From a virus: a DNA stretch of 64,000 nucleotides. The stretch lies in IMG/VR virus record IMGVR_UViG_3300032294_003343, positions 32,001 to 96,000 of that record; one strand, written 5' to 3'. The translations under genes and the position numbers were made by a program. Positions 16,255 to 28,326 of this stretch are shown piece after piece (position 1 is the stretch's first letter; every line of letters starts with the position of its first letter). The notes beneath the pieces are model-generated. The model saw only the letters and a list, made by a program, of their open reading frames with translations. It ran no database searches and had not been told where the DNA came from.

Positions 16255-19200
16255 TTACACAATATAAAGAACTTGACTTTCTATTGGTGTTCCGTAAGTG
16301 GTTCCATCATAAGGTTTGACAATAAATGAAATTGCCATATTTCTTAAAACCACAGCAGAATTTAATAAACTTCCTTCAGCTATTTTGTTTGACACTCCAT
16401 TAGTCCATTCAAACCATTCAATAGTAGATAAATCTGAAGAACCATTGAAATTATAGTATGCCTGAAGAACACTATTTGCTGAAATTTTATTATCAACTAT
16501 AGTGTTTATGGATTTTATCTGAACGTCATAAACATAAGGTGCAGATAAATTCTTGACAATTATTGGTTGTGAAGTGTAGGTAATTCCATAGTCAAAATTA
16601 TCATTAGGTTCTAGAGTCACATAAACTTGATCATTGACATTAAAATATCCATTAGCAGCACTTAAATCTGCTTTTCTTTGGACTAATCTATCCCTGTAGT
16701 TAGGTGTAGAATCTAATTCTATGGTAGTTGTTCCACCACCAGATGTTCTTATTCTATACCATCTTGTTCTTGGTTTATATTGTTGATTATCAGAAATATA
16801 ATTATAATCAACATACATTCTTGAAGCACTGGCAAGTTGTTTTGTAGATCCAACAGAAGAATATGAAACATCTGAATTAAGAACCAAACTTCCAGCTTTC
16901 AATGATGGAATATTGGTATTTAAGTAATGTGAATAAACATTTGAATTTGGCACTGTATTGTGAGTAAATTCAAAATTGTAAGTTGTTGATGCAGTAGAAG
17001 AATATGTTTCTACTTTTAATCCCAATCTATATGTTGAATTTTGAAGAATGAATACAGTAATGATATCGGTTGCAGATTTATTAGTATCAAATATAATTCT
17101 GCCATCATATCTGTCTAATTTATATCCACCACGAACTATCTCATTGTTGACAAGTACTACAGCCTTGCTATCTTCAGGCCATCTACCATTTACAACATAA
17201 TAGTTCTTGTAATCTGTAGAAACTGTGCCTTCACCATAAGCTTCGTATCTTGAACCAGTTCTACTAATTGAAACTTGGACAACGTTTCCTGATGGTACCT
17301 CTTGTCTAAATGTAATAGTTCCATTTACATTGTCTATTGTGTAAAGATTGGTGGCAACAAGAACAGAATTTAAATAAACTTCAACAGTATCAGTAAGAAG
17401 CCAAGTAAATCTAGCATTATCATAGTAAACAAAGTAAGTAAAATTATTATTTACTGATTTGATAGAAGTCAGTTTGTCATAAAAAAGAGCATTTGTAAAT
17501 TTGTATGATCTTTGTCTTGAAGAAATTATTCCATTTTTATTTTTTATAAGCTCTTCGTAATCATTCCAATTAGTACTATTACCCTTGCAAATGCCCCAAG
17601 TTAGCTTTGCCTTATCAGTGTCAGAATAGTCTGTCGAAAGGATATATTCAAAAATATCATCTGTGGAAGTAAGGGCAGTTGTAAATAAATAATTGACAGC
17701 TGGAGTTACTTCTGTGTAATACAATTGAGAAACATAAGGAGTAACTGGAAGGCTTGTAGCGTTATTCCATCCTTCTGTCATATCAATTTGGAAACTTAAA
17801 TTTGTAATTTCCTTATTGAGAGTAGATGTAGATGTCAATGTTATCCAATCGCTGTAATTCTTTTTATCAGTGGAATATTTGTATTTGACAATGCAAGAAC
17901 TATCTACACTTTGACCTGTGGAAACTGTGTATGCTGTAGTAATTGATTTTATAAATTTGGAAGTGTTAAACTCTACAGATTTAGTCCAAGAACCAGCAAA
18001 TAATGTGTTAGATCCGCCGTGCAATAAAGCAGTGCTAATTCCTGACCAATATGAACTAGAAGCATCAAAATACAATCCATCTGTATTCTGAACTAACTGT
18101 CTTAAGCTTCCAGTGTTTGTCTTATCATCAACACCAAATGCAACTAGTTTTGTGCCACGATTATTCCAACTATAATTTGTATTATCTTCAATACTTTTTA
18201 GAGAAACTGTCGTATTATTATCAGCATCAGAAACAATAAATGTCAATGGAATATAAGAACTTGACAATATATCCATTTCTTGTTTTGTATCAATAGAACT
18301 AGTTGGTATTGCTGCTGGTTGCTGTCCAATCAAAGCATATTCAAGACAGTCATAAAGATTACTATTTTGACCATCAATCTTCAAAGAACCAATAATTGAT
18401 GTGATTGCTGTGCCTGAAGTTGTAAAACCATTTCCAGTTTCGTGTTTAATAGAAGTGCCAAAAGTCCATAAATCTACAAAAGACAACTGACCATTAGAAG
18501 GATGATTTGTTCTGCTAAGAATATTTGTAAGAAGATTATTAAAACCATTTACATACCCTGAAGACATTTGCATAGAGGCAGAATTGTCAAAAACAGTTGA
18601 AATAACAAATTTTGGTTCTAAATATAAATAACCGTCATTTTCAGCAGAAACACCTTTACCAGCACCACTATTCCAATTTACTTCGGTGTTGTCATAATTT
18701 CCAATAGGAACGATAGTTTCTGTTGGAGCATATGCATTGTCATAGTGTGCTTGGAAGAAGAAGTCATAACTTGTACTTATTCCAGACCAGCTAATAGCAT
18801 TTGAGCTTGAATATCCTAATCCTGAAAATGGATTAATTGTAGATGCTTTCTTCCACTTGAATAAAGGAACAGAGCTTGCAGTTTCTTTGATAACAAGTGC
18901 TAAAGTTGTTGATCCTGTCCCTGGAATATCTAATGTGCTTGTAAGATTGAAACTTGTAAAACCACCAACATTTACACTAGAAGATGTAATAGGACTTGAT
19001 GCAGCTAATTGAGTTTGTGGTTTTACATTAGTGTCAACAGAATAAACATAAGCAGTGAGAGTTGTATTTGCTAAACTATCATTGTAAGAAGAATTTAAAA
19101 GCCCATCTTGTTCTCTAATTGATAAGAATGCAGATACTTTTGATATTGTGCTTGCTGTTGATGATGTAGTGAAAGTTTGAGCTAAATATCCAACAGAACC

Positions 19201-22200
19201 ACTATCACTTGCAATGAATCTTATATCATTGGAAGGTTTTGATGCAAATAAAACTGGGCTATAACCTTCACTAGTATTTTCTCCAGTTCTATACCAGCAA
19301 TCACCATCATCAAGTGTGTACCAAATTCCATTATTAGTACAAGCTACTAAAACATTTTGGGTGATACTGTTGAATGTTGAAGAAAATACTTGGAGATCAT
19401 AAACACAAGTAGGAAGTGCGCCAATGTAGTCAGATCTTTCAAAAGTATTCCCTTCATCAAAAGATCTGTAAACTCCATCATTTGTACCAATGTAAATTTT
19501 GGATTTGCCTGGTGTATTTCCAACGGCAGCTTCAGTGTCTATAGCGTAAGAGAAACAATGAAGTCCTCTCAAGAATCTACTATCAACAATAAAGTCAGAA
19601 GAATTTACATCGTCAGGGTAAGAATATTTCCAATTTCTTACCTTTAAAATTCCATCATTTGTAAGGATAAACAATGGGTTTGCATATGTGGTTTTGTTTA
19701 TTGAAGAAGGAACACTGTATGCTTGGAAAGATTTGTAATACTTATTTACACCTATAGGATTACCAGCAACAAACATTTTTCTAGGGACAAGGAACGATGA
19801 GAATGATGCATATTGAGTATCATTTCCCATTACATAATAACCATCGTCTCCTGCTGCGTGTAAACTTTCGAATTCTTGTACATTGCCTAAACTATTTTTG
19901 ACATATGTACCTTTGAAAATTCCATTTACATTGTTGGTGGTGAGTTTCAAGAAATCAGATAAGAAATTGGTTGTTCCTAATTTGACACTTAATCCATCAC
20001 TTGTTGCAAATGCTTCAAATAAAGTGCCATTCCAGAAACCAGTGAGATAAGCATTTTGTCTTGCTGATGAAGTTTGTTTAGTCCAAGAACCATCATATTT
20101 CCAAAGACCATTAGAAGCACCAGCAATTACATTAAGATTAGGATCAAGAGCAATATAACCAGCATCAAAAGCACCATCTAATGTGCTTTCTAGCTCCCAA
20201 TATCCAGTATATTTCCAAACACCCTTCTCTGTTATGATTCTAGTTCCAGTGCCATCTTTTGTAAGCCCAACAATGCCCTTTACTTGTATTGGATCGCTTT
20301 CAAAATCATTTACAGTGGGGACAAGTTGAGTTCTATTCTTGAAAGATGAATTCAAACTATCAAACTTAGCATTACTTGAAAAATTATCAATTAGTAATGT
20401 ATTTTTCAAACCTCTAGTGTCTGTCTGTGAAATTAATGGTGCAGTGAAATCAAAAATAGTTGAATTTAATGATTTGATCTTTCTTGCTAATTCTTGAATA
20501 TTAGAATTATTTTCTGATGCTAAATTGTAGGTTTGGTTGGATATAGCAAGATACAAATCATCTTCTAATCCAGATACAATCTCATTCTTAATTCCATAAA
20601 CTTCAGCGCCAACATCATAAGTAGTTGTGCTGGTAAGTCTTGCTACTGATAAGGTAATTTCAATAGGATAAACAGTATTGTCAACAGATTTCACCACTGC
20701 TATCTCATACTTATTACCAGCCTTCAATTCGATCAGAGAATAATCGCTAATTCTTTGATTTACGAAGATTTTAGTATCAGTGTTAGAGTTCGCCTTCGCT
20801 AATAATGCAATAGGTGTTTTCGTCTTATATAAGGGTACATAAGTGGAAGAATGAGGCTTTGTTCCAGCATCAGATAATGTTGGGAAATCATTTACTACAG
20901 ATATCTTTACATTATCAATATCACTCTTCAATACTGATTGTGTGAAAGTAATTTTGCCTTCTGATGGGCTGGAATAAAATGGAATAGTACTAGGCTCATT
21001 GTTGATATAAGTGAAAAGTCTAGTGCTATCAGTTTGTGTGTCATTCCAAGGATCAGTGGTAAATGTATTGAAACTCTTCTCGTAGTAAACTTGATCACCA
21101 GGTACATAAGATGATCCCATAGCCACCATTTGATAAGGATAGTTTAAGGTAAAGTTGGTGATTTGATTGTAATCTTTATCAAATACTGCGAATTCTGTTT
21201 CATTTTCAGAGAATGTATCGTTAGGTCTCTTCCATCTGTAATTTAAAGAAACTGTGCTGGATACGTTTACATCTTGCCACAATAATTCAGTGCTAACAAA
21301 AATACCATTAGTTGTTCCAGCATATAACTTACCAAAATTACTACCATCATCAAAACTGTAAAGTGCATTTGCTGACCCTTGGAAAACAGGCTCCCAGAAA
21401 AGTTCACTATAGGCTACAGATGTTCCTAATGATGATTCTTGAACTCTTGCAATACCATTAGAGTGCCCAATGAAGTAATCTGTTGGGAATGTTGTTGAAT
21501 TTCTTTGAGCAACACAATTGATTACACTACTTGCGCCAGCTCCAGAAGGTGTCGAGTTTTGATAAATCTTTAGTCTTTGAACTTCCCAAACAACATCAGA
21601 AGTGCCAAAATCAAATGCATCTTCAACTACAAGATACCAAGTACTGTCGCCATTTACAGTTCCACTTGACACATATACTGTTTTCCAATTTATAAATTCA
21701 GCATTTACATCAAGTTCGGTAGATCTAGTCCAACTTCCAGAAGCTGCAATATAAATTCCATTTTCTGCTTTGTTGGTTTGATTTTTTACTAGAACAATAT
21801 TACCAGCACTAACAGCAACACCATCAATAGTTTGTGTACCAGTGAGATCTATATCTTCTGTAGTGGCGCATAAAGCATTTGAGAAAGATGTTGTTGATTG
21901 AGAGAATGGAAGAGACCAATACTTACCTGTAGCGTCTTCATAATACTTTGCTGTGTGAGTGATAAATGCCTGATAATCATTCCACCAGATAATATTATTT
22001 TTGAATGCGCCATCTTTGATCCAATAAATTCCCTTTACTGGCTCGTTAAATATTTGTGATAATTGGCTGAAATCTCCATAGTACAAACCTTTAGTGCTAG
22101 TTCCAATTGCACCAACATACAATGCTCTTTGGATTGTAATATCATCAGTCTCGCCAGCAACAAATGTAGTCTCCTGTGTTGATACTTCTTCAATTCCAGA

Positions 22201-24471
22201 AAGATTATATATATTTGTTATTGCCACACCAGAAGAATTGTAGAAGGTAGAAATTTCATTCCAATCCCAGTTTTGATATGCTGTATTGTCAGGAATAATA
22301 GCATAGTAAGCTTTACCTGATGTCAAACCATATTGATAAGTTTGATATGTTCCGTCAGCTAATTTGTCAGATGAAATCTTAAAACCAACTAATGTTTTTG
22401 CAATTCCACTAGCATCTCTCGGTAATTTTAGATCTTCCCAAACATTGCTTGTATTGTTGTAATAAACTTTGCCTAATGAAGTGAAAGCATAAACATTTTT
22501 AAAATAATTCTCATTTGTTGGATAAATTATGTTATCTTGAAGCGATAAAATCTTTCCATAATCATTTTGCCAGTTCGTTGTTTGCGCTGTATTGCTGCCC
22601 AAATTGAAGCTGAACAATCCTCTTGAAGACGCAGCATAAATCAAGTTCAAGCTAGTGATAATATTTGCACTCTTATAAAAAGCGCTAATATTATCGTTGT
22701 ATTGGATGTAAGAATTTGTGTTTTGAGGGTGTAAATATGACTTACCAATTCCAGTGGTTAAAAATTTATCTGGGGTAAAAGTCAAAGGCTGCTTATATCT
22801 ATTCTCGCTGTAATGATTGATCTTTAAATTATTTATCGAAATCTTGCCTGTAGATATGCTATTAGCAGATAAATTCTTGATGTAATCATTTGTAAGTTCG
22901 TTCTTAATTTCAGTTTTACGTGCTTTGATTACAACAGACAAATCCAAGAAAGTATATTGAGCATAATCTGGAATTGTATTTTTGAGTAAAATACAACCAG
23001 AATAAGGATTGATTGTATAGTGCACTGGATCTATCAATGTTTGTGCTAAATAAACTTCAGCAGTGTCATATTGAAAATCTGTCCAAGCGAATAGGGTGTA
23101 AAGATCAGTGGTTAAACCAGTAGCGTCAGTGAATTGGTAAATTGTTCCATCACTTAACTTTATGTATGTATTGAATGTTAAAGCTGTGGATAATATTTGT
23201 TGACTTGCATTTACTGCAATCAAAGTCTTGTCAACAGCATATGGTAAATACACTTCAAGCTTGGATGTTGTCTTGATACTTTGGTTTAAATAAATCTTAT
23301 ATGGGCTGCCTGATTCACTTATTGTGTAATCTAAACTGGAAAGAGAAATGCCATCAAGTTTTACAATTGGTGTGCCGTAAGAAGAAAGAGTGTCGTTAAA
23401 TAATGTACCATCAGCATTCTTCAATATAAAAATAGAATTATTCTCATAGCTAGAACTTCCATCATTAGAAGAAGCTGTCAATACCAAGTAATTTCCAAGA
23501 TCTATTTTTTCCGCAGTATTTATTTCACCAAGATGTTTGTGTTTCAAATAAGATAATTGAAGCTGTCTCTGAAATTCTCCAGCAGTTTCATTTATTTGGT
23601 TTCTTCTTTCTTCGTAAATAATTTCTGAAACAGTATTAAAATCATTGTAAGTTGAGTCTGCTTTGTAAGTTACTGTGGCTAGATATACAGCATTGGAATA
23701 GGTGTTGTATTTTGAATCTGGAATTGATGGAAAAGAAATATTGCAAATTTCATCAGATAAGGTTGATATTCCAGATTCAGCCCAGGCATAAAAAGTATTT
23801 GCTATTGTTTGTCTAAAGTAGCGAGGTTTTTCAGTTTTGGCAGCATATTTATCAATAATTCCATCACCAATGCTAACTTTGATACATTGTTTGAAAGCAT
23901 CTTGGAAATAAAGATTTGATGAGCCTAAAGTAAAGTTTGTTGATGAAACTGCACCAAGCCAAAGTGTTTTTTCGTTGGTTGATCCAGAACTTACATAAAC
24001 AACAAAATTATCAGAATAATCAGATGTTGCATCAAGACTTGAGTGTCTGGTCCAAGTTGAACCAGACACAGTATATACGCCATTTTGTGATGCTGTAGAT
24101 TGATCTTTGACTAATACAAGATTGCCAGCAACAACAGAAATTCCATCAATAGTTTGTGCGCCAGAAAGAGTGATATTTGTTGTGGTAGCTGCTAAACAAG
24201 ATACAGTGAAATCAAGATCCAGAGATGATAATTTTTGCCCATATTCACTTGTGGCGCTTGTATTATATCCATCTAGGAGTAATATTTGATCAGCTCTACT
24301 ATCTGCTAATTTAGATACATCCCAGCCATTTATAACTCCAGGACCGAAAAAAGAGTATATGCCTGAAAAATTAGTTTCAGCTGTAAGCATATTTTCATAG
24401 TCAAAACCTGGATACCAAATATCGCCAAATTGTGAATATAAAAACTTGTAAATTGATGTACGATTAGCCAT
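16255..24471 (-). CDS. Giant modular tail fiber/baseplate protein (2738 aa) with tail-fiber repeats, beta-propellers and a vWA domain
   Basis: Two ATT.NI.LSG.QTIDG...VLVK.Q...NG.Y...W.R repeats; BNR-like SFDEG and TLDDG; vWA DNSAS; C-terminal Ig-like repeats. Confidence 0.8.
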   Translation of the reverse strand: MANRTSIYKFLYSQFGDIWYPGFDYENMLTAETNFSGIYSFFGPGVINGWDVSKLADSRADQILLLDGYNTSATSEYGQKLSSLDLDFTVSCLAATTTNITLSGAQTIDGISVVAGNLVLVKDQSTASQNGVYTVSGSTWTRHSSLDATSDYSDNFVVYVSSGSTNEKTLWLGAVSSTNFTLGSSNLYFQDAFKQCIKVSIGDGIIDKYAAKTEKPRYFRQTIANTFYAWAESGISTLSDEICNISFPSIPDSKYNTYSNAVYLATVTYKADSTYNDFNTVSEIIYEERRNQINETAGEFQRQLQLSYLKHKHLGEINTAEKIDLGNYLVLTASSNDGSSSYENNSIFILKNADGTLFNDTLSSYGTPIVKLDGISLSSLDYTISESGSPYKIYLNQSIKTTSKLEVYLPYAVDKTLIAVNASQQILSTALTFNTYIKLSDGTIYQFTDATGLTTDLYTLFAWTDFQYDTAEVYLAQTLIDPVHYTINPYSGCILLKNTIPDYAQYTFLDLSVVIKARKTEIKNELTNDYIKNLSANSISTGKISINNLKINHYSENRYKQPLTFTPDKFLTTGIGKSYLHPQNTNSYIQYNDNISAFYKSANIITSLNLIYAASSRGLFSFNLGSNTAQTTNWQNDYGKILSLQDNIIYPTNENYFKNVYAFTSLGKVYYNNTSNVWEDLKLPRDASGIAKTLVGFKISSDKLADGTYQTYQYGLTSGKAYYAIIPDNTAYQNWDWNEISTFYNSSGVAITNIYNLSGIEEVSTQETTFVAGETDDITIQRALYVGAIGTSTKGLYYGDFSQLSQIFNEPVKGIYWIKDGAFKNNIIWWNDYQAFITHTAKYYEDATGKYWSLPFSQSTTSFSNALCATTEDIDLTGTQTIDGVAVSAGNIVLVKNQTNKAENGIYIAASGSWTRSTELDVNAEFINWKTVYVSSGTVNGDSTWYLVVEDAFDFGTSDVVWEVQRLKIYQNSTPSGAGASSVINCVAQRNSTTFPTDYFIGHSNGIARVQESSLGTSVAYSELFWEPVFQGSANALYSFDDGSNFGKLYAGTTNGIFVSTELLWQDVNVSSTVSLNYRWKRPNDTFSENETEFAVFDKDYNQITNFTLNYPYQMVAMGSSYVPGDQVYYEKSFNTFTTDPWNDTQTDSTRLFTYINNEPSTIPFYSSPSEGKITFTQSVLKSDIDNVKISVVNDFPTLSDAGTKPHSSTYVPLYKTKTPIALLAKANSNTDTKIFVNQRISDYSLIELKAGNKYEIAVVKSVDNTVYPIEITLSVARLTSTTTYDVGAEVYGIKNEIVSGLEDDLYLAISNQTYNLASENNSNIQELARKIKSLNSTIFDFTAPLISQTDTRGLKNTLLIDNFSSNAKFDSLNSSFKNRTQLVPTVNDFESDPIQVKGIVGLTKDGTGTRIITEKGVWKYTGYWELESTLDGAFDAGYIALDPNLNVIAGASNGLWKYDGSWTKQTSSARQNAYLTGFWNGTLFEAFATSDGLSVKLGTTNFLSDFLKLTTNNVNGIFKGTYVKNSLGNVQEFESLHAAGDDGYYVMGNDTQYASFSSFLVPRKMFVAGNPIGVNKYYKSFQAYSVPSSINKTTYANPLFILTNDGILKVRNWKYSYPDDVNSSDFIVDSRFLRGLHCFSYAIDTEAAVGNTPGKSKIYIGTNDGVYRSFDEGNTFERSDYIGALPTCVYDLQVFSSTFNSITQNVLVACTNNGIWYTLDDGDCWYRTGENTSEGYSPVLFASKPSNDIRFIASDSGSVGYLAQTFTTSSTASTISKVSAFLSIREQDGLLNSSYNDSLANTTLTAYVYSVDTNVKPQTQLAASSPITSSSVNVGGFTSFNLTSTLDIPGTGSTTLALVIKETASSVPLFKWKKASTINPFSGLGYSSSNAISWSGISTSYDFFFQAHYDNAYAPTETIVPIGNYDNTEVNWNSGAGKGVSAENDGYLYLEPKFVISTVFDNSASMQMSSGYVNGFNNLLTNILSRTNHPSNGQLSFVDLWTFGTSIKHETGNGFTTSGTAITSIIGSLKIDGQNSNLYDCLEYALIGQQPAAIPTSSIDTKQEMDILSSSYIPLTFIVSDADNNTTVSLKSIEDNTNYSWNNRGTKLVAFGVDDKTNTGSLRQLVQNTDGLYFDASSSYWSGISTALLHGGSNTLFAGSWTKSVEFNTSKFIKSITTAYTVSTGQSVDSSCIVKYKYSTDKKNYSDWITLTSTSTLNKEITNLSFQIDMTEGWNNATSLPVTPYVSQLYYTEVTPAVNYLFTTALTSTDDIFEYILSTDYSDTDKAKLTWGICKGNSTNWNDYEELIKNKNGIISSRQRSYKFTNALFYDKLTSIKSVNNNFTYFVYYDNARFTWLLTDTVEVYLNSVLVATNLYTIDNVNGTITFRQEVPSGNVVQVSISRTGSRYEAYGEGTVSTDYKNYYVVNGRWPEDSKAVVLVNNEIVRGGYKLDRYDGRIIFDTNKSATDIITVFILQNSTYRLGLKVETYSSTASTTYNFEFTHNTVPNSNVYSHYLNTNIPSLKAGSLVLNSDVSYSSVGSTKQLASASRMYVDYNYISDNQQYKPRTRWYRIRTSGGGTTTIELDSTPNYRDRLVQRKADLSAANGYFNVNDQVYVTLEPNDNFDYGITYTSQPIIVKNLSAPYVYDVQIKSINTIVDNKISANSVLQAYYNFNGSSDLSTIEWFEWTNGVSNKIAEGSLLNSAVVLRNMAISFIVKPYDGTTYGTPIESQVLYIV

Positions 24472-24477
24472 TACTAC

Positions 24478-27400
24478 CTACGGAGTTGGATTAAATTTAA
24501 TGCTAGCATCTCCTATATCAAGTTGTACGGCAAAATCATACACCATAGATGGAGTTGATCCTACGCTTGTAAGGAAAATTCCGAATCTGATTTTGCTTGA
24601 TGCTTCTGGTAATTCAAAGGTTTGGTTTGGATCAATTACTGTAAAGTTAGCAAAATTGAATGTTTCATTAGTGTCATCAGATGTTGTATATCCGTACACG
24701 ATGCTACCATTGTTTTTTAATTCGTTAGAAGTAAGCAAACCTCTTTTGATCATTGGAGCATCAGTGTCATAATTAGTAGTATCAAACATTCTAGTAAAGA
24801 AATAACTGCCTGATGAAGATGTGTATGAAAGAGTTAATGATAGCAATTCTGGAGTAATATTAGGTGTTGCTGTGATAAGTTCAACCTTATATTGCAACCA
24901 TTTTCCAGAATATGCTGAAAGATCTACAGCCAAAGATTGTGCCGTTGTTGGAGCTAAATTATCATTGATGCTTGATAATGATTGAGCATCACCATAAGAA
25001 GCTGCTATACACTCTGCTCTTGTATTTCCAGTCTTTACATAAATCTTTACTTGAGTTCCATTATCCAAAGTTGTATCTGGAGTTGATGGGTATTTGTTAA
25101 GAATTAAGGCAACAATCTGTGTCCATGTAATAAGTGTTGGTACATATATTGGCTGAACTTCATAAATGCCATACTCTCTGATTTTACGGTCAGGAGCGTA
25201 AACTGGGTAAGCTCTTGAAGGGGGAACATAAATCCCCTTCCTAGATAACGAGTTGTCAGCATTCTTTTGAATTTGATAGATAACGCCTGAATTATTAGTT
25301 GTAGATAAATTCTGGTTATTAGTATTAGTATTCGTTGTTGTTGTCGATCCAGTCCCAGCATTTACTTGCCCTTGTGTCGGATTATTAGTTTGGTTGTTTT
25401 GTGTATTTCCAGTTACAGGGTTGATTGTTGTATTGGTATTAGAAACAACAGTAGTATTTGTGTACTGAATGAATGAACTTGTGTTATTAGCAGTGTTAGC
25501 TACTTGTATCATTTTGTCGCTGATGACAGGGAATCCACTTGCATTTGCTGGCAAAGATACACCTTGAATGTTTCCAGCTTGATCCTTGAATCTTGCATAA
25601 ATAAATCTGTTATTATTTTCATAAGGAGTAGTAGTGAATTCATAAACACTACCATCCATACCAGCTCCATAGAATGTGTTTCCAATTGATGTAACTGATT
25701 TAATTTTGCTTGAACCGTAAAATTGTGAAGCTGGAACTGCCTCAAAAGTTTCTCCAGTGTTCTTTTGCCACAAGAATTTAAAAGTGGTTCCAGAGCCAAC
25801 ATTATTAGTTGTTTGAAGCTTGATTTTTAAGATATCGCCCTCAAGAACATTAAAAGCGTTTGTGGAATAAAGAGTTGACAGCGTTGTTGATTGATTATAA
25901 TTTCCTATTTGTAAAGTATCATTGATAAATAAATTATATCCAACACTACTATCGATTCTAAATGATAAAGCGCCATCTTTTGAAGCTAAAACTGCGCCTT
26001 CAAAAGTTATAGAACTATTTGTAAATCCAGAAGGTGGAACAAATGAACTACCAATTGCACCAGTGTAATTTATTGCTGATGTTTGTCCTCTGTAAGCAAT
26101 AAAATTATAGCTTTCAATGTCTCCAAGATCTGTCCAAGTGATACCAGAACCAGTGTAAGATCTCCAAGTTGAGTTTAATAAATTGGTGTCATATGAATAG
26201 GAAACAATTTTCTTGAAGCCATTTATTGACTTAAAGTATCCATAAGTTCCATTGTCAGCGCTAATATAAATATAATTAGCATTTGGATCATCGTAAATAC
26301 TGAAAATATGATCAGCATATGTGTCATAAAGTTTAGCCCAAGAATTAGCTGTTGCATTTGTAAAAGATAACTCCCAGATTTGCCCACCTCTAAATCCAGC
26401 CATAACAGAATTTCTGGTAGATGATTTAGCTAGACACTCAACATTGTCAAAGTTTGATGATAATGTTTGAACCCATTCAGCATTATAATATTTATAAACT
26501 GCTGAAGCTCTACTGCCATAATCTCCTCCAACACCAACATAAAGAGTAAATTCTTTGGCAGTTAGGGCAGAAACTTGATCGTACGAGGTGAAAGTCTTTA
26601 GTTCTGTAATTGCTTTTCCATTGTATTGATAAACTGAACAGGAACTAGTAGCACCCTTTGTAGACCCCATAAAAAGATTATTGCCCAAAGAAGTCATCGA
26701 AATAATAGGCTTCAATAACTTATAATTTGTGGTAGAAAGTGGGTCTTTTGCGTTTAATATGCTCCAAAATTCACCATTGAAAGAAGTGAAGACTAGACCA
26801 TAATTACTACCTGCATAAGCTCTTCCGTTAAATACGTGAATGCAAGTAATCTGATATTTTTCACCTACAAGAGATTCATTTAATATTTCATAAACTTCAC
26901 CACTTTTGTAGACAAACATTTTATGATTTGCTGCGATTAATATCTTGTCATTAAACGAAGCGATAGCAGTAATTTCAGAAGCAGCATTACCAGTCTTTTT
27001 TGACCATAAATAAGCAGCATTGGTAAGATCAATATTAGTAAATGTTGTCTCACCAGTAGAAAAATCTATAAAACCTTTTGAGTCAGCGTTTGGAAAAGAA
27101 GTAGAATCTCTGAAATCTGCAAATCTTGAAATTTGTGCTGAAACGACATCAGAATATTGATCATAAGCAGCAAGAGTGATATCACCTCTTTGATCAATTG
27201 TGAAATAATCACCGTGGTAGGCAATTCTAGCTGCATAAAGAGATAGTGGAGTGGTGAAAGTGAAATTTAAATAATCAGTTGTCTCTGGATCTGCAATATT
27301 CTCAACAATATCTTCCCAATCTGATGCTTTAGTTTTCTTGACTTGCAATTTATATGTTTTAGTGTTTTTTGCAGTAGCTCCGACTATCAAATTTGTAACT

Positions 27401-28326
27401 GTAGGATAAATATTGTTAGCTGAATTTGTAGCATCTTCATATACAGGATTGAATTTTTTGTATACATAATTAGCTTGATCATTTCCAATAACTTCAAATT
27501 TAGAAAGATCTGAACTACCACCATAAACTGATACTTCTTTTAATGGCACTTCAAAGATATCAAGCAAATAATCTTTAGAAGATAGTTCTGCTGATGAAGT
27601 GTTGAATGCTGTAATTTTATAGTAAGGTGATGTATTTGCTATCCTAATCCAAGTCAAATTGTCAGAATCGTAATATGCAAATTCAGAGTCATTATTTGTA
27701 AAGTTTGCAATATCAATAGTGGCAGATCCAACAGTAGGCATTGGAAGATTGTCCAAAGTTATATGAATCCAATATGTAGTATCTACTGCTAAAGTCAAGC
27801 CCGTATTTGAAAAAGAATAAGACTCAAATGAAGTAGTTAAATCATTGAATTGAATACTTGCGAATGAACCTAAAAGAGTAGATGGAACATCATTGGTAGC
27901 ATCATGAGTGTATATTGCAACATTGATTCTATCTCCAAGATTCACAATACTACCAGTCTTTTTAAACTTAAGAATAATGGTTGAAATGTTTTGATCTTTA
28001 TCAGAAACAATCTTAAAAGCATTAATAGTTTGAGAGAATGAGTAAGAAGTTGTTGTGTCAGTATATTCTGTAGAAATTGAAGAATAACCAGTGCCAGAAA
28101 AATAATGAACTTTTATACCAGGATCAACATCATCTGCTTTTCTGTTTAATATCAAAATGCCTTTAGGTGGGACAGTATCATAAATAACACTGGCATTAGG
28201 ATAGAATTCAGACTTAACAAAAATATCTGTTGTCTCATCCTCAATTTCGTATCCTATTGAAGTGTTGTTATTTAGTGCTTCATTCCAATATTTAGGATCG
28301 AAAAACCCGTAGTTATCATACGCCAT
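24478..28326 (-). CDS. Modular tail-associated protein (1282 aa): beta-propeller, PA14-like domain, Asn/Thr/Gln linker
   Basis: Propeller blades ([28 protein letters not shown]...); PA14 pattern FEGAVL...[15 protein letters not shown]...FLWQ...VPASQF. Confidence 0.75.
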   Translation of the reverse strand: MAYDNYGFFDPKYWNEALNNNTSIGYEIEDETTDIFVKSEFYPNASVIYDTVPPKGILILNRKADDVDPGIKVHYFSGTGYSSISTEYTDTTTSYSFSQTINAFKIVSDKDQNISTIILKFKKTGSIVNLGDRINVAIYTHDATNDVPSTLLGSFASIQFNDLTTSFESYSFSNTGLTLAVDTTYWIHITLDNLPMPTVGSATIDIANFTNNDSEFAYYDSDNLTWIRIANTSPYYKITAFNTSSAELSSKDYLLDIFEVPLKEVSVYGGSSDLSKFEVIGNDQANYVYKKFNPVYEDATNSANNIYPTVTNLIVGATAKNTKTYKLQVKKTKASDWEDIVENIADPETTDYLNFTFTTPLSLYAARIAYHGDYFTIDQRGDITLAAYDQYSDVVSAQISRFADFRDSTSFPNADSKGFIDFSTGETTFTNIDLTNAAYLWSKKTGNAASEITAIASFNDKILIAANHKMFVYKSGEVYEILNESLVGEKYQITCIHVFNGRAYAGSNYGLVFTSFNGEFWSILNAKDPLSTTNYKLLKPIISMTSLGNNLFMGSTKGATSSCSVYQYNGKAITELKTFTSYDQVSALTAKEFTLYVGVGGDYGSRASAVYKYYNAEWVQTLSSNFDNVECLAKSSTRNSVMAGFRGGQIWELSFTNATANSWAKLYDTYADHIFSIYDDPNANYIYISADNGTYGYFKSINGFKKIVSYSYDTNLLNSTWRSYTGSGITWTDLGDIESYNFIAYRGQTSAINYTGAIGSSFVPPSGFTNSSITFEGAVLASKDGALSFRIDSSVGYNLFINDTLQIGNYNQSTTLSTLYSTNAFNVLEGDILKIKLQTTNNVGSGTTFKFLWQKNTGETFEAVPASQFYGSSKIKSVTSIGNTFYGAGMDGSVYEFTTTPYENNNRFIYARFKDQAGNIQGVSLPANASGFPVISDKMIQVANTANNTSSFIQYTNTTVVSNTNTTINPVTGNTQNNQTNNPTQGQVNAGTGSTTTTNTNTNNQNLSTTNNSGVIYQIQKNADNSLSRKGIYVPPSRAYPVYAPDRKIREYGIYEVQPIYVPTLITWTQIVALILNKYPSTPDTTLDNGTQVKIYVKTGNTRAECIAASYGDAQSLSSINDNLAPTTAQSLAVDLSAYSGKWLQYKVELITATPNITPELLSLTLSYTSSSGSYFFTRMFDTTNYDTDAPMIKRGLLTSNELKNNGSIVYGYTTSDDTNETFNFANFTVIDPNQTFELPEASSKIRFGIFLTSVGSTPSMVYDFAVQLDIGDASIKFNPTP

